The translations under genes were made by a program, and so were the position numbers. This document shows positions 1-13,043 of a stretch of 64,000 nucleotides of DNA, piece by piece. The stretch lies in NCBI RefSeq assembly GCF_009914755.1, contig NC_060934.1; one strand, 5' to 3'. The notes below the pieces were generated by a model that made no database searches, had not been told where the DNA came from, and saw nothing but the letters and a program-made list of their open reading frames with translations. Source of the DNA: the human T2T-CHM13v2.0 reference genome, Homo sapiens. Positions within the stretch are counted from its first letter, which is position 1. Each line of letters opens with the position of its first letter.

Positions 1-113
1 ATTTTTATGAACCAGAATATCTGGGTCACTGCCATAGAAGCTTCAATCAAGCTGCAGATCTTATGGAGTCAATGATGTGTTGCTTATTTGATGAGATGAA
101 GATGAAGTGCCTA

Positions 114-459
<346 letters not shown>

Positions 460-1310
460 GTTCACGAGTTTAGAAGAGACAGTTGGGTCCTGGCCTCAGG
501 AAACAAAGAAGAAATCCAGATCTTATACAATGTGCTGGACATAAAAGTATAACAATTTTTGATTCTCTTCCCCTTCACCATTGAAATCTATGGTTTCTCT
601 ATATGACTGTTTTCTCAACAATCCAAAAAGGCAAGGTTGGCAGCATGCAATCTGCTGAAGAATCCTGCCTAAATACCCTTTTCCACTTCACACTATCTAC
701 CGTGGAGTCGTTTTGTCTCTATTTTATTCCTGAATGAATAAACTATGACATCCCAAACCTGATCATTTGTCTATACTTCCAGTCAACCACTTCTGCACAA
801 TATCTAAATATTTATGTTTCTTTGTCAAATGACAGGACCAAGAATGTTTCTGTAATATTCATGAGAACAAAGGAGTTGTCAAGAGAAGAATCTTTGCTTC
901 CTGAAGAATGGACATGAAAAAAGCTGGGAAGAAAGATTGGGCCCACAGTTTACAAAGGTTTCAAACATCTAGGTGATTATCCTCGTATGATAGGAGCTTT
1001 TGACTGGATTGTATGCAGTTAAAATTGACTGCCCAGCATCACATAAATGTAGTGTTAGAAGGATTTCATAAATTAGGAAATCTGGAAGCATCTGGGAGAG
1101 TGGATGGTTCACCTTGGGTGGCAAGAATGGCAGGTATAAGGTTTTCACTGGAAAGTAAGCCTATTACATATACTATTTCCTTTTCTGAAAATCTCCAGGG
1201 TCGCTGCTGGACACAGAACTTGGGAATGGGAAGAAACTTCCAGAGCTCTGTCCTCTCGCAGATGATCAGAATATAGGTACACACAGTGTACAGTTTCTCA
1301 GGGTTGTTGG

Positions 1311-1419
1311 TGATACCAGCCCAATTTCCCTATAGAACTGATGTTTGTGGGTTTTTTGAATAAACACAGAAATTCACCCCCTTAAAATTAAAGGTTGAAA
1401 CTTACATTTGTCTTCTCTG

Positions 1420-1457
<38 letters not shown>

Positions 1458-2105
1458 GAAGTCTCACTCTGTCACTCAGGCTGAAGTGCAGTGGTGTGAT
1501 CTCTGTTCACTACAACCTCCGCCTCCAGGGTTCAAGTGATTCTCATGCCTCAGCCTCCCAAGTAGCTAGGATTACAGGCATGTGCCACCACACCCTGCTA
1601 GTTTTTGCATTTTTAGTAGGGATGGGGTTTCATCATGTTGGCCAGGCTGGTCTCAAACTCCTGACCTCAGGATATCCACCTGCCTCAGCCTCCCAAAGTG
1701 CTGGGATTACAGGTGTGAGCCACCAAGCCTGGCCCTTATCTGAGTTCTTTCAGGCCTCCCAGATAGTATCAAGGAACTGAAACTTACCAAATAACCACAT
1801 CCAGACAATGAGTTGCCAGATCCCTCATCCACCATGACTGCCTAATTGACCACCTGCTTCCTGCTGGCCAACTCCTCCTCCTTATCCTCCCTAATCTCTG
1901 TATTCCCACACATAGCTACATTCCTTCCTCGCTAGATAAACCCAAGTTTTGATTGGTTGGGAAGATGGATTTGAAACTCATCTCCTATCTCCTTAGTGAT
2001 GTCACCTGAACAAAGCCTTTCTTTCCTGGAAATATTCATCTCAGTGATTGCCTTTCTGTGCAGCAAGCAACAAGCCCTAGACGGAACCCCTAGTGTTCAG
2101 CATCA
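1311..2105 (+). mobile_element. ERV1-class solo LTR (subfamily not assigned), interrupted by Alu
   Basis: TG...CA termini, 4-bp TSD ttgg/ttgg, 5' end similar to the LTR start at 9568. Confidence 0.85.
1421..1734 (-). mobile_element. AluS SINE inside LTR
   Basis: Poly-T then reverse Alu; TSD cttctctgggtttt / cttatctgagttcttt. Confidence 0.97.
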
Positions 2106-2667
2106 TTGGCAGTCAGTGCTCACTTCTCCCCAAGAGAAACAACTAACTCCCCCATTCTGAAGAAGCCTAAGAAACAGTCGTCAGCAAGTCACTCGGAAGT
2201 GTCCACCATCATCTGGGTTAGGATTCGGATTCTTCTGATAGGGTTTGCAAAGAGCAGATTTATCCACAGGATTTGGCTTCTTGCTTTGCATCATGAACCC
2301 CTTCGAGAGTTTTATAAAAAATTTTAGATCCTCTCCCAGAATTTGCACATACATGCAAATATTATTGTTTGCAATAAGCCTCTTACTCCAAGTTAAGACC
2401 TTATGACCTAGACTTTGAAAAGCTTTATGTTTTAATGGAAGCTTTGACATTAACAGCAATAAACAGAGGACTTTTGCCCAAAGAAAGCCACTTCTTTGAA
2501 GTTAAATGCTGTTATTGTCCTGGTCACTGAAGCAGCAGCTTTGGAGACATATTGGAAAGCTCAGGTTCTTCATGAGTCCAGAGTCACTTCCAGAAATAAA
2601 CAATGCTTATTCTGAAACTTATCTCCTATCTCCTTAGTGATGTCACCCGAACAAAGCCTTCTGGGAC

Positions 2668-2736
2668 CAGTGGTTCTCACCCCTTGGCTATGTATAAGAA
2701 TTCTAGCGAAGCTTTTCCAAATTATACATGCCCAAG
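2668..2736. mobile_element. MER5-like hAT-Charlie fragment
   Basis: cagtggttctcacc..ttggctatgtataagaattc resembles the MER5 terminus. Confidence 0.5.
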
Positions 2737-2744
2737 AAGACACA

Positions 2745-2935
2745 CACACTTCACAATATCAAAACTTAACAACAAACTACAGTAATCAGTATTGTTCTGG
2801 CATAAGGACAGACATGTAGACGATGAAATAATATTGAAAGTCCAGAAGTAATCTCTTATATTTATGGTCAGTTGATCTTTGATGAAGGTACAAGAATCGA
2901 TTTTTTAACAAATAGTGCTGGGACAACTGGATATT
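2745..2935 (+). mobile_element. Old L1M ORF2 fragment
   Basis: actacagtaatc..tggcataaggacagacat..aaatagtgctgggacaactggatat, typical of late L1 ORF2. Confidence 0.85.
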
Positions 2936-3249
2936 CTCCTTGAAGATAAAGAGATAATGTCTGCATTCTGGGGAGAGTGTCAGCCATGTGCACTTTCACT
3001 TTTGCTTCTGTTTTAGTCAAGTTCCATGGGGACTCTTATATTCCAGCTTTGGTTGAGATCCATGCTACAAGGTCAATTTATGATAGTTGATGTTTTCATT
3101 TGCATCTTTTTTCTAGCTCTCATTTTTTCTAACATGGTTAGGAAATAGGATGTTTCTGTTCATTGAACACTCTAGACAGTAGCTGGCTGCCACTGATGGT
3201 GCCAGTGCAGTGTGAAGGCATTAAAATGGCATCTGAGGCAGTGGGGAGA

Positions 3250-3820
<571 letters not shown>

Positions 3821-4204
3821 TTGGCATTTGTTGTTGTTCTCATTATTACTACTAAACCAAGGCACTGAGGTGAGAGATCTTATGAGCGATGTGGATTCAG
3901 TACAAGGCAAATTAATTAATTTGCCATAATTATAATAGGTCTCCCGACGCTTAAACCTACCACTTTCCCTTAAACTGTTTTCAGCATCCAATTCTTCAGG
4001 TCTCCTCTAACACCTTCCAGTTTGCCTTTTACCTTTGAAGGAAATTTGCTTGGCCTTTGAATTGAGTCCACCCAGGCCCTCACCAGTGACAGGATCTTAG
4101 GCATGCTCTGTGACCTCTGTGTCAAACCTTCTCCTCTGAAAGCTGGAAATGACTTCTTAGTGCCGTCCTCCTAAAGATGCTTATACAGAAGGAATGCTGT
4201 AAAA

Positions 4205-4541
4205 CAGGGGTCCCCAAACCCCATGCCATGGACTGGTACTGGTCTGTGGCCTGTTAGGAACAGGGCCACACAGTAGGAGATGAGCGGTTGGTGAGCAAGC
4301 ATTACCGCCTGAGCTCCACCTCCTGTCAGATCAGCGGTGGTATTAGATTGTCATAGGAGCGCAAACCCTATTGTGAACTGTGCATGCCAGGGATCTCAGT
4401 TGCACGCTCCTTATGAGAATCTATTGCCTGATGACCTGAGGTGAAACAGTTTCATCCTAAAACCATCCCCCCATCCCGATCCGTGGAAATATTACCTTTC
4501 ATGAGACTGGTCCCTGGTGCCAGAAAGGTTGGGGATTGCTG
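4205..4541. mobile_element. MER1B hAT-Charlie MITE
   Basis: caggggtccccaa...ggttggggattgctg TIRs, ~337 bp, matches recalled MER1B consensus. Confidence 0.9.
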
Positions 4542-4721
4542 TCTTAAAAGATATAAACCACTCAGAGCTAGGCCTGGTGTGCAGTGATTTGTGGCTGTTG
4601 TTTTCATTATTTTTGGCTATTGGAGATTTGGAAACAATTGATCTTTTCTGTCATGAATTTTCACTTTCTAGTTTTTCATGAAATTGACTTTATTCAATTA
4701 TAAAACCATAGAGCTCTAGAA

Positions 4722-4946
4722 CAAGCTTGTCCAACCCGCAGCCTGCAGGACACATGCTGTGCGGGACAGCTTTGAATGCAGCCCAATTCAAATTCCTAAA
4801 CTTTCTTAAAACATTCTGAGATTTTTTGGTGGTTTTGCTTTTTAGCTCATCAACTATCGTTAGTGTCAGTATATTTTGTGTGTGACCCAAGACAATTCTT
4901 CTTCTTCCAATGTGGCCCAGGGAAGCCAAAAGTAGGGACACCCTTG
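4722..4946. mobile_element. MER30 hAT-Charlie MITE
   Basis: caagcttgtccaacc...ggacacccttg; 8-bp TSD ctctagaa / ctgtagaa. Confidence 0.9.
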
Positions 4947-4954
4947 CTGTAGAA

Positions 4955-5050
4955 CATTAAGCTCTAGGGACCTTTGCGAGACTTTAGTTCAACTCCTCAC
5001 TTTGCAGTGGAAAAATCAAAGCCCAGGATGGTGAGAAGTTCCCTGGGGCT
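4955..5050 (-). mobile_element. MIR fragment
   Basis: ttcaactcctcactttgcagtggaaaaatcaaagcccagg resembles reverse MIR core. Confidence 0.5.
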
Positions 5051-5384
5051 GCAATGCAGAGCCAAAAAAATGAATGCAACATTGTGAACAGGTTCCCTCA
5101 AGACAGCCCCCCATCCCCCATCAACCCACACATTCAGGTCCTGCTGATTTTTCCCTTCTTTTTGGCCTGAGTATTAATATACATATCTTTTTAAATGTTA
5201 AGCTAAAAATGAGGACATCACCCATTTTTGCTTTGCTTTGTCCTTGGTTCTATTTAATGTCTTCAAATCTCTAATTTTTTTTTTTTTTATGTTTTCATCT
5301 TTATTTGTTATAAAGCTTTTTTTAAAGGAAATTTTTGTAATGTATGTAATTGTTCACTGTTTTACTCTTTTCTCCTTTCTTTAG

Positions 5385-5447
5385 AACCTGTCAAAGCCAA
5401 AATATCATTTGGGGCTATGCCAGATGTTTTCCCACCAGGTCAGAAAG
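5385..5447 (+). other. Candidate 63-nt exon
   Basis: Long pyrimidine tract + AG at 5383-5384, donor AAG|GTAAAC, length divisible by 3, open frame PVKAKISFGAMPDVFPPGQK; product not recognised. Confidence 0.3.
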
Positions 5448-5719
5448 GTAAACGTATTTTTGTTCAACTGGATTAACTGGAAAGAAGATAATTAAAACAC
5501 ATATATAATATATAGTATTTGATGATATATAGTAATCTTATATAATAATATATATTATTTTAGTAATAAATTATTTAACCTTAAAATATTATTAAGTCTT
5601 TAACTAACCTTGATAATAATGGTTTGTATGATTCATTGCTTGTCAGAGTTACTAGCCAAGTCATTTATAGTCCAATGTTTATACTTAATAAACCAATTCA
5701 ATTCTTAGTAAATGCTCAT

Positions 5720-5880
5720 ATTAGTGGTTGGCATTTTTGAGTTGAAAAACCTATGTTTAAGTTTCAATTCTACTGCCTGTCTGACTTTTAGGGGAAGACA
5801 TCAGAATCTCAGTTTCATCGTCCTCAAATATGAAATAACAACAATAATAACACTAATAATCATACCTATCTCTAGAGTTT
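5720..5880 (+). mobile_element. MIR fragment
   Basis: tctcagtttcatc...aataatcatacctatctc MIR core. Confidence 0.55.
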
Positions 5881-6744
5881 CAATATCATAACCATGGCTT
5901 TGTGTACATACAGACTGATTGTTCCCCAAGATACTCCCTATCCACCCTCATCACCCCAGCCTCCAAAATATACACCAGTGAACTCAAACAGCAACAAAAA
6001 GAGCCCTAGGGTCTACACAAGTCATATCCAGGTTTGAATGAAAACATTCTTGCCACTTTTTTCATACAATAGCTTATATTTCTGTTTTGAAGAAACATAT
6101 GAACTTTTGAAGGGAAAGGTGACAAGATATCCACAGCCTTTCTGAGACATAATGGGGTGTAATTGTTGGTGAAGCGGAACCTCTTGCGAAGGAGATAGTT
6201 ATTCTACCCTAGGCCTCTTGTGGCAGAAAACCTTCATATTGACTCAACTACAAATGATAAAGAATGAGACAGAGGGAGAACAGTCTGACCTGAAAAGATA
6301 ATCAACCTAGAAATCCAGAAACAGAAAGGCCCAGGAGAGGGATTAAGAATGCAGCCAAATCTCTTCTTAATTTTGTTAATCAGACATTTGTCAGCACAGG
6401 GCACTTTGCAAGTGTCGAAAAATCAAAGCTTGTGAATAGGGCCTGGGCCCCATCTTATTACTTTCTGTATCACTGGGGAACATTTCTCAAGTTGGCTTCC
6501 TAAAAGGCATTTGGGTTTCTGTCTCATGTATGAATATAATTATTTCTGTCATGATGAATAATTTAAGCCGTCATTCCCAACTCCACCCTCAGACCACTCT
6601 TAGATTTCAATAATAGGAGATACACTGCTCTGTAATGTAACAGCTTCTCTGATTTATGGACCTGGGAGGAAATGTAATGAAAGCAAAAATGTTTCCCCCA
6701 ACTTCCATGCCAAAATTATTGGTTGGTTATCACTGATTTTTCCC

Positions 6745-6905
6745 AGTATAGAATCATAGAACGTTAGCACTGAATGTGTCCTTAGATAACTACAGATGAG
6801 AAAGATGAAGCATGTGGTCAGGGCATAAAGCTACTAAACAGAGTGGAGTTTTAGACATAGGTTTGTCTGTCTCCTGGTAGAATTACTTACTTTCTTTGCA
6901 CCACT
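6745..6905 (-). mobile_element. MIR/MIR3 fragment
   Basis: agaatcatagaacgttag..tacagatgagaaa.. reverse MIR pattern. Confidence 0.5.
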
Positions 6906-6943
6906 CTAATATTGAGACAATGTTGCATTATAAAAGTTATTGA

Positions 6944-7110
<167 letters not shown>

Positions 7111-7211
7111 AAAAGTCAATTAAACAAGAAACTTGGCCTGGCTGTCTCACATACTGGCTGGTGAATTAAGCACCCTGGGACCCTGTAAAATGGGTCTGAT
7201 AACTCAAAATT

Positions 7212-8500
7212 TGTTTCATTCTGAAACAATCTCAAACTTATAGAAAAGCTGCAACTCCGGTACAAAGAGCTTTTCTTGAACCGTTGAGAGAGTTTCCAAC
7301 ATGATGCAAATCTAGTGCTTCATCCCCTGAAAACTTCAGTGTGTATTTCCTACAAACAAGGACAAAATCAACAACACAGCCACCACAGTCAGGAAGTTAG
7401 TGTTTGTGCTTTCGTGTTTCACCAGCTCGTTCATTAGCGTCCTTTTCAGCAAAAGGAGCTTATTCCGGATCACAGACTGCCCTTAGTTGTCATGTCATTT
7501 TAACTGTCATACCATGCATTCCCTGCAATCTGGGACAGTTGCTAGGTCTTCTCTCGACTTTCCTGATCTCAAAATCTTTGCGGATCAAAGGGCTGTTATT
7601 TTATAGAATAGCTCTCAGGCTGTTTTTGCTGGTATTGCCTCGTGAGTAGCTAGGCAGCAACATTACACACAGGCGGTGTGCAGTTTGGATGGACTTATCA
7701 CAGATGTTAATTTCAGTCACATGGTCAAGGTGATTTCTCCCTGACCCTTCAATCTAATGACATTTTTCCTTTATAATTAATAGGTATTTAGTGGGAAGAT
7801 ATTTTGAGACTATGTAAATAGCCTGCACCTTATCAGCCTTCTAAGTTATTCATTTACCTATATCACTATAAACTCATAGTTTCTCATTTTACTCAATAAA
7901 ATATTTATTTTAATATTCTCATTGTCCGAGATTTGGTCATGTGGAAGCCCTGTGGAGATAGCCACCATGTCCTTTTGACATGTCCCCATCATTCTGTGAA
8001 TTCTTATTACTTTTTGCACAAGAAGGAAGATATTCCAGACTCATTTTGTGCTTTTTTAGTCCCAGAGCAGGAATCAGCCATTTGTCAAAGAAACTTGGGC
8101 CCTGTTAGTAGATAACAAAATTTAGAAACAGTATTGGGGCACTGGGTAGGCCCGTTGCACACACATACTCACATTGGCATCCATATTTATTTGTACAGCT
8201 GTCTCCACACAGTACATTGAAAACCGTATGTTCACGCCAAAGCCTCCAAATCCAACCTGCACCACAGGGTTCGTCTTTCTAGTCTTCTCCCTCCCTCCCT
8301 CTCTCTCTCTCTCTCTTTTTCTCTTTTTCTCTTTCTTTTCTTTCTTTTTCTTTCCTTTCCTTCCTCCCTCCCTTCCTCCCTCCCTCCCTCCCTTCTTTCC
8401 TTCCTTCCTTCCTTCCCCATATTTGTCATTCCCTTCTTCGGTAAGAAAAAAACCTGGTTTCCATCATCCTTAACATGTTTACCCATTTGGTCACTGCCCC
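7212..8500 (-). mobile_element. L1MC-type 3' UTR fragment
   Basis: tgaaacaatctcaaacttatagaaaagctgcaa start and typical reverse L1MC4/5 3'-end tracts. Confidence 0.7.
8275..8420. repeat. (CT)n/(TTTC)n/(TTCC)n polypyrimidine tract
   Basis: Direct inspection. Confidence 0.95.
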
Positions 8501-9197
8501 CATCTGTAGCAGGTTTCCTGAGCTGCAAGAGCTGTGGGCACCTCTCTGGCCTGGGTGCCCTTCACCCTCTGGAGCACCCGCACTCTGCCCTGGGCCTCCT
8601 CCTACACAAATCCCCTCTTCACTCCGGCTCTGACACTTGCAGGCCCCTTCTTCCTCTGTGCAGTGCCGATACCCCACATGGACCCCACCATCTGGACCCC
8701 TTCAGGCCCCACACAGGCTCCAGTGCTCTGCTCTGGCCACGCACCTTTCCCGCCCCTGCACAGGCTCCTTGCTCAGCCCCCATCAAAGGCCTCTGGACTG
8801 AATTTGACAACTTCCTGACTTTGCCTGTCTCTCAGGGTAGCTCTAAACTTTTGATGAAACAATGGGTGTAAATGAACACTTTGTAAATGATGAAGAGTTT
8901 AAGGTCCTGGCCAAAGCATTTCTTCCCAGCAATGAAGCTTGTGGAGCCCAGGCTGGTATTCTGAAAGGGGCGCCAGCCATGCTCTGTGCTGTTGACCTCA
9001 GGGCTCCCTCACGTCCCCGTCCCTCCCTGGCCCCTCCTGCCTGCCCTCACGCCGGACTCCACACCACGCCCTCCTTTCACACCAACGTTCAGGGAAATCC
9101 CGACAGGACAGGCCAAAGGACTTTGGCTTCTTGGGGAAGACTGGGACGTAAACAAGTGTATGATGTAGATGGTGATATTTAGCGTTCTCTTCCCACC

Positions 9198-9315
9198 TCT
9201 TAGGTGAGATAAAACTGGTTTCTGTGACAAACAAACCGAAAACATATAATGGATCACACAAATATTTATTTCTCACTTCTGTGAATTCCACAATGGGAGT
9301 TCCTGTTCCCTGGCA
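9198..9315 (-). mobile_element. Old MLT1 (J/K-like) MaLR fragment
   Basis: ctgtgacaaacaaacc..aatatttatttctcac pattern. Confidence 0.5.
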
Positions 9316-9567
9316 GCTTATTCATTTGCCAGGGCTGCCTGTCACAAAGCATCACACACTGGGTGACTTAAACAAGAGAGAGTTATGGTCTCCTGGTTCT
9401 GGAAGCTGAAAGTTAAAGACGGAGGTGTTGGCAGGGCTGGTTCCTTCCAAGGCTGTGGGGTAGGGTCTGCCCCAGACCTCTGCCCTTGTTCTGCAGATGG
9501 CTGTCTTCTCCCCACGTCCTCACCTGGCCTTCTCCCTACAACTGTGTCTCTGTGCCTAACTTCACCT
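9316..9567 (-). mobile_element. MLT1A/B MaLR LTR fragment
   Basis: ccagggctgcc..aggtgttggcagggctggttccttc..gcagatggctgtcttctcc; similar to 58314-58708. Confidence 0.8.
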
Positions 9568-9658
9568 TGAAACTGACCCAATAGCCCAATAGATAGTTTT
9601 TTTGGATAAACACAGAAATTACCCCTTTTGGTCTTAAAGCTTGAGACTTACATTTTTT
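9568..9658 (+). mobile_element. ERV1 LTR 5' fragment
   Basis: tgaaactgacccaatag..ggataaacacagaaatt..cttacattt, homologous to 1311-1410. Confidence 0.8.
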
Positions 9659-9659
9659 A

Positions 9660-10230
9660 GGCTCATGGCAGACAGGAGGCAGGATTAGATTCTAGCTGCC
9701 ATGCAGACAGACAGAGCAGTGTGTGGAGACTCACATCGTGAACTGTTGCTCCGGAACTACTGTAGGAAAAAGGCAGGAAAGTAGAGAGAATCCACAGGCC
9801 CTCTGAAGGAAGCAGATTGCTCCTGTAGGACCCGAGACACACCCCAAATACTGTGCTGGTATCTACAGTTGAGAGACCTGCAGACGGTTCACATCACAGG
9901 ACTCTGTGCAGACAACCACCAGTGTTAGCCTGGAGCCTGGTAGACCTGCTGGATGGCTAGGTCCAGAAGGCAGATAACAATCACTACAGCTCAGCTCTCA
10001 GGAAGCCACATCCCTTGGAAAAGGGGGAGAGGACTACATCAAGGGAACACTCCATGGGACAAAAGGATCTGAACAGCAGCCTTGAGCCCTAGACTTTCCC
10101 TATGCCATAGCCTACCCAAAAGAGAAGGAACCAGAAAAACAATCCTGGGAATATGACAAAACAAGGTTTTTAACACTCCCTCAAAGCATCACGCTAGTTC
10201 ATCAGTAATGGATCCAAAACAAGAAGAAAT
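9660..10230 (+). mobile_element. L1PB/L1PBa-like 5' UTR and ORF1 start
   Basis: catggcagacaggaggcagga..ctacatcaagggaacac..gaaggaaccagaaaaacaa..atggatccaaaacaagaagaaat. Confidence 0.8.
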
Positions 10231-11176
10231 ACCCAAGAAACACACTGTAGTCAGGAAATGAAAATCAGAGTATTGGTTGCAAGATCTTCAAGAGGAAAAA
10301 AAAAAAGATACCATTTCTGTGCACTTTTTAGGATACTCTCAATATTTTAATTACCAATTTGTCATCTGCCAAAGAAAATGATATTAAAGGAAAGAGAGGT
10401 CAATTGTAGCCCAGGGTAGCCTGGGCATTTCAGAGATTCTGCTCAGGTTCTACCCTGACACATTTAAGTTGCTGCTTCCTTTTACTTGCCCAGATGGGTA
10501 ATTCAAATCTGGATTAGAATCTCTAAAATTCTCTTGGGAGGTCATTCTTTCCCTAGGGCTCCTATTATCTTTACTTCATAATATTAATGATAACTGTTAC
10601 CACCAGCAGGGTAGTGCTAAAACAAGCATTATCTTACAAAACTGAAATTCACTGCTGGGAATTTTTTTTAAAGGCCGTTATGCATAACAATATTTTTAAT
10701 GGGGTGATTCCTACCAACTGGTTGACAAAACTCTTGTCATTTTTTTAAAGCAGAATTAAATAATGCCAGGCAGCAGAATGTGTTAGGCATAAATTACAGA
10801 CGGCAAGAGGGCAAAGACATTGTGTGGTGAATACATTAAAGCCTTAGATTATGAGGTCAGTGTGCTTGGTACAGGGAAGGAAGGCTGAGGCTGTAAGAGG
10901 AATGTTTTCAGACCACACTGAAATTAGCTCTCCAGTCCATGAGGACTAAGCACCTAGGAGAGATCATTACTGCAGAAGGGAAAGATTTTCTGGGCTACAA
11001 AATATTACTAGAAAAATGTAAGTTTTTTTTTTTTTTTTTTTTAAATCTTTCATGAGATTGTAAAGTCCTAAAAGGTCAGGTGTGGATCTGGTTATGTTTC
11101 TAAGCTCGACAGACTTTGGAACTCATTATATATTTCACAGGTAAGCAGGAAATATAGCACCTTGGGACACTTGGGT

Positions 11177-11427
11177 GTCTGAGCTTATCTTTTTTTTTTG
11201 TATAGATGGAGAGTCTGAGCTTATCTTTTTTTTTTTTTTTTTTTTTTTGTATAGATGGGGTCTCGCTATGTTGCCCAGAGAGTCTAAGCTTATCTTTTTT
11301 TTTTTTTTGTATAGATGGGGTCTCTCTATGTTGCCCAGGCTGGTTTTGATCTCCTGGCCTTCAGCAATCCTCCCACCTCAGCTTCCCAAAGTGCTGAGAC
11401 TACAGGCATGGGCCACCACACCCAACC
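11177..11427 (-). mobile_element. FLAM-type Alu monomer with triplicated tail junction
   Basis: Reverse left monomer 11295-11427 preceded by two partial copies of its tail plus flank. Confidence 0.9.
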
Positions 11428-11609
11428 TTCTCTAAACGAAACCTCAAATTAAAATGAGGTCCTTTCTGAAGGCTTAGAGATTGGGTGCACGAGGGAAAAT
11501 ATTTGATTTCTCTCTAGGCCTTACCTTTGTGGGGATTTAAGTTCTACTTATTCAGCCTCAGAAATCTCTCTCAAAGCGTGGCCTTCCCCACCATCCATAC
11601 AAATTTGAA

Positions 11610-12550
11610 TCTTCAGCATCTGTAGCCTTGACTACTCACAACCTCTCCCTAACCTCAGCACCTCTAATCTCAGTCTCTTCTCCCATTCTCTTGCTGACTA
11701 CCCTCCATGCTGCTGCCAAGGGCATGTTTTCTAAAATGCAGTACTGATCATGCAGGGTAGGCCTACTGTTCTAACATGAAAAATTGATTCCACAGGATAG
11801 AGTGTGAAATCTCTAAGATGTTCTAACAGACTGTGAAAGCACCTCTCCAGCCACGGCTGTCTACAGGGTCCATGCTTAAGCTTCACTGGAACTCTCCATC
11901 TGCCTCCGCTATGTCACGCTGAATGCCAAATCCTTGGACTTAGATTCTTCTAGGGCTGTCAGTGGTGTAGGTACAGCTTCTGTGTAAATCAAAGGCCCCT
12001 TTCCCCAGCAGGATACAGCCAGTGCCAGGCCACCTTGCTTGGTAGGAAGCACTGGCGCTGGATTTCAGCCCCACTCGGCCCCTCATCTGCACAGTGGCTC
12101 CCTCGGTGCTGAACTGTTCGTGGGACTGCTGTGAGCTTCCCCATTCCCTGTTCTTTATGAGCAGATGAAATGTCACTTACAACCGCTCCCAGGCAGAGGC
12201 TGTCACTCCGTCATCTTTGATAACACAGTGCTTTAGATGTTCAGACATCTACTATTTGTTCCTCTACTTTTCAAAAGACCATGGGCTCAAAACCAATGTA
12301 TTTGGTTTTCCCACACCTTGTTTTTGTTGTTGTTGTTGTTTTAATCCCGTTTCCAGCATACTGCATGGTATGGAGTAGCAGTTTCAAGCATACTGCATGG
12401 TATGGAATAGCAGTTTCAAGCATACTGCATGGTATGGAGTAGCAGTTTCAAGCATACTGCATGGTATGGAGTAGCAGTTTCAAGCATACTGCATGGTATG
12501 GAATAGCAGTTTCAAGCATACTACATGATTTGGAATAGCTGTTCAGTAAG
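11610..12550 (+). mobile_element. L2 3' region (fragmented)
   Basis: ccctccatgctgctgcc..ttttctaaaatgcagtactgatcatg and L2-tail-like end. Confidence 0.6.
12355..12546. repeat. 32-bp minisatellite, about 6 copies
   Basis: Unit agcatactgcatggtatggRtagcagtttca-type (32 bp) at 12355, 12387, 12419, 12451, 12483 and degenerate 12515. Confidence 0.97.
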
Positions 12551-12669
12551 TGTTCCATAGGGAAGGCAGGAGGGAGAGAGGAAAGAGTTATTGAGTCTAA
12601 ACTTGCAAAGAAAGCTGGAAAAAGACCGATTTCCAACAATGTTGCAGAAATTAATGATTAGGAAAAAGC

Positions 12670-13040
12670 AGATTACCATTCTACACTATATTCTGAAAGA
12701 AAATATTTCAAAATGCTTAAAAATTGAAAATTAAAAATTATATGGGATTTAGTAGTACTTACATTCCCAAAATATTAATATTTAAGAGGAAAAATTAAAT
12801 GAAATTTAAAAACTGTTGTAAGGAAACAAAAATGCAATGGAAATTTTGCATCTAATATCCAGATAAAAATAATATGTTCTAAGCATAATACTAAAGCCAA
12901 GAACCATAAAGGAAAAAGTTCGTAATGACTATATAACACCTATATAAAATGAAATGACAACTAACAAATTAGAAATATTTATAACAGACAAATAGTTTAT
13001 AACTTTCTTACAAAATCATAAGTTAAAAGCTCTTATAAAT
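12670..13040 (+). mobile_element. Ancient L1ME-like fragment
   Basis: A-rich late ORF2-like sequence (ctaagcataatactaaagccaagaaccataaagga). Confidence 0.55.
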
Positions 13041-13043
13041 CAG

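Noticed and set aside
738-900. Faint resemblance of LIICLYFQ..IFMR to bornavirus matrix protein (endogenous viral element)
   Set aside because: One short patch only; the Harbinger reading explains many more motifs in the correct order
8520-9180. GC-rich stretch with several overlapping ORFs
   Set aside because: ORFs in many frames with low-complexity Pro/Gly content and no recognisable domain
11085-11146. Strong donor CAG|GTAAGC at 11140
   Set aside because: No convincing paired acceptor or reading frame
12355-12546. 32-bp repeats as a CRISPR array
   Set aside because: Head-to-tail with no spacers; eukaryotic minisatellite
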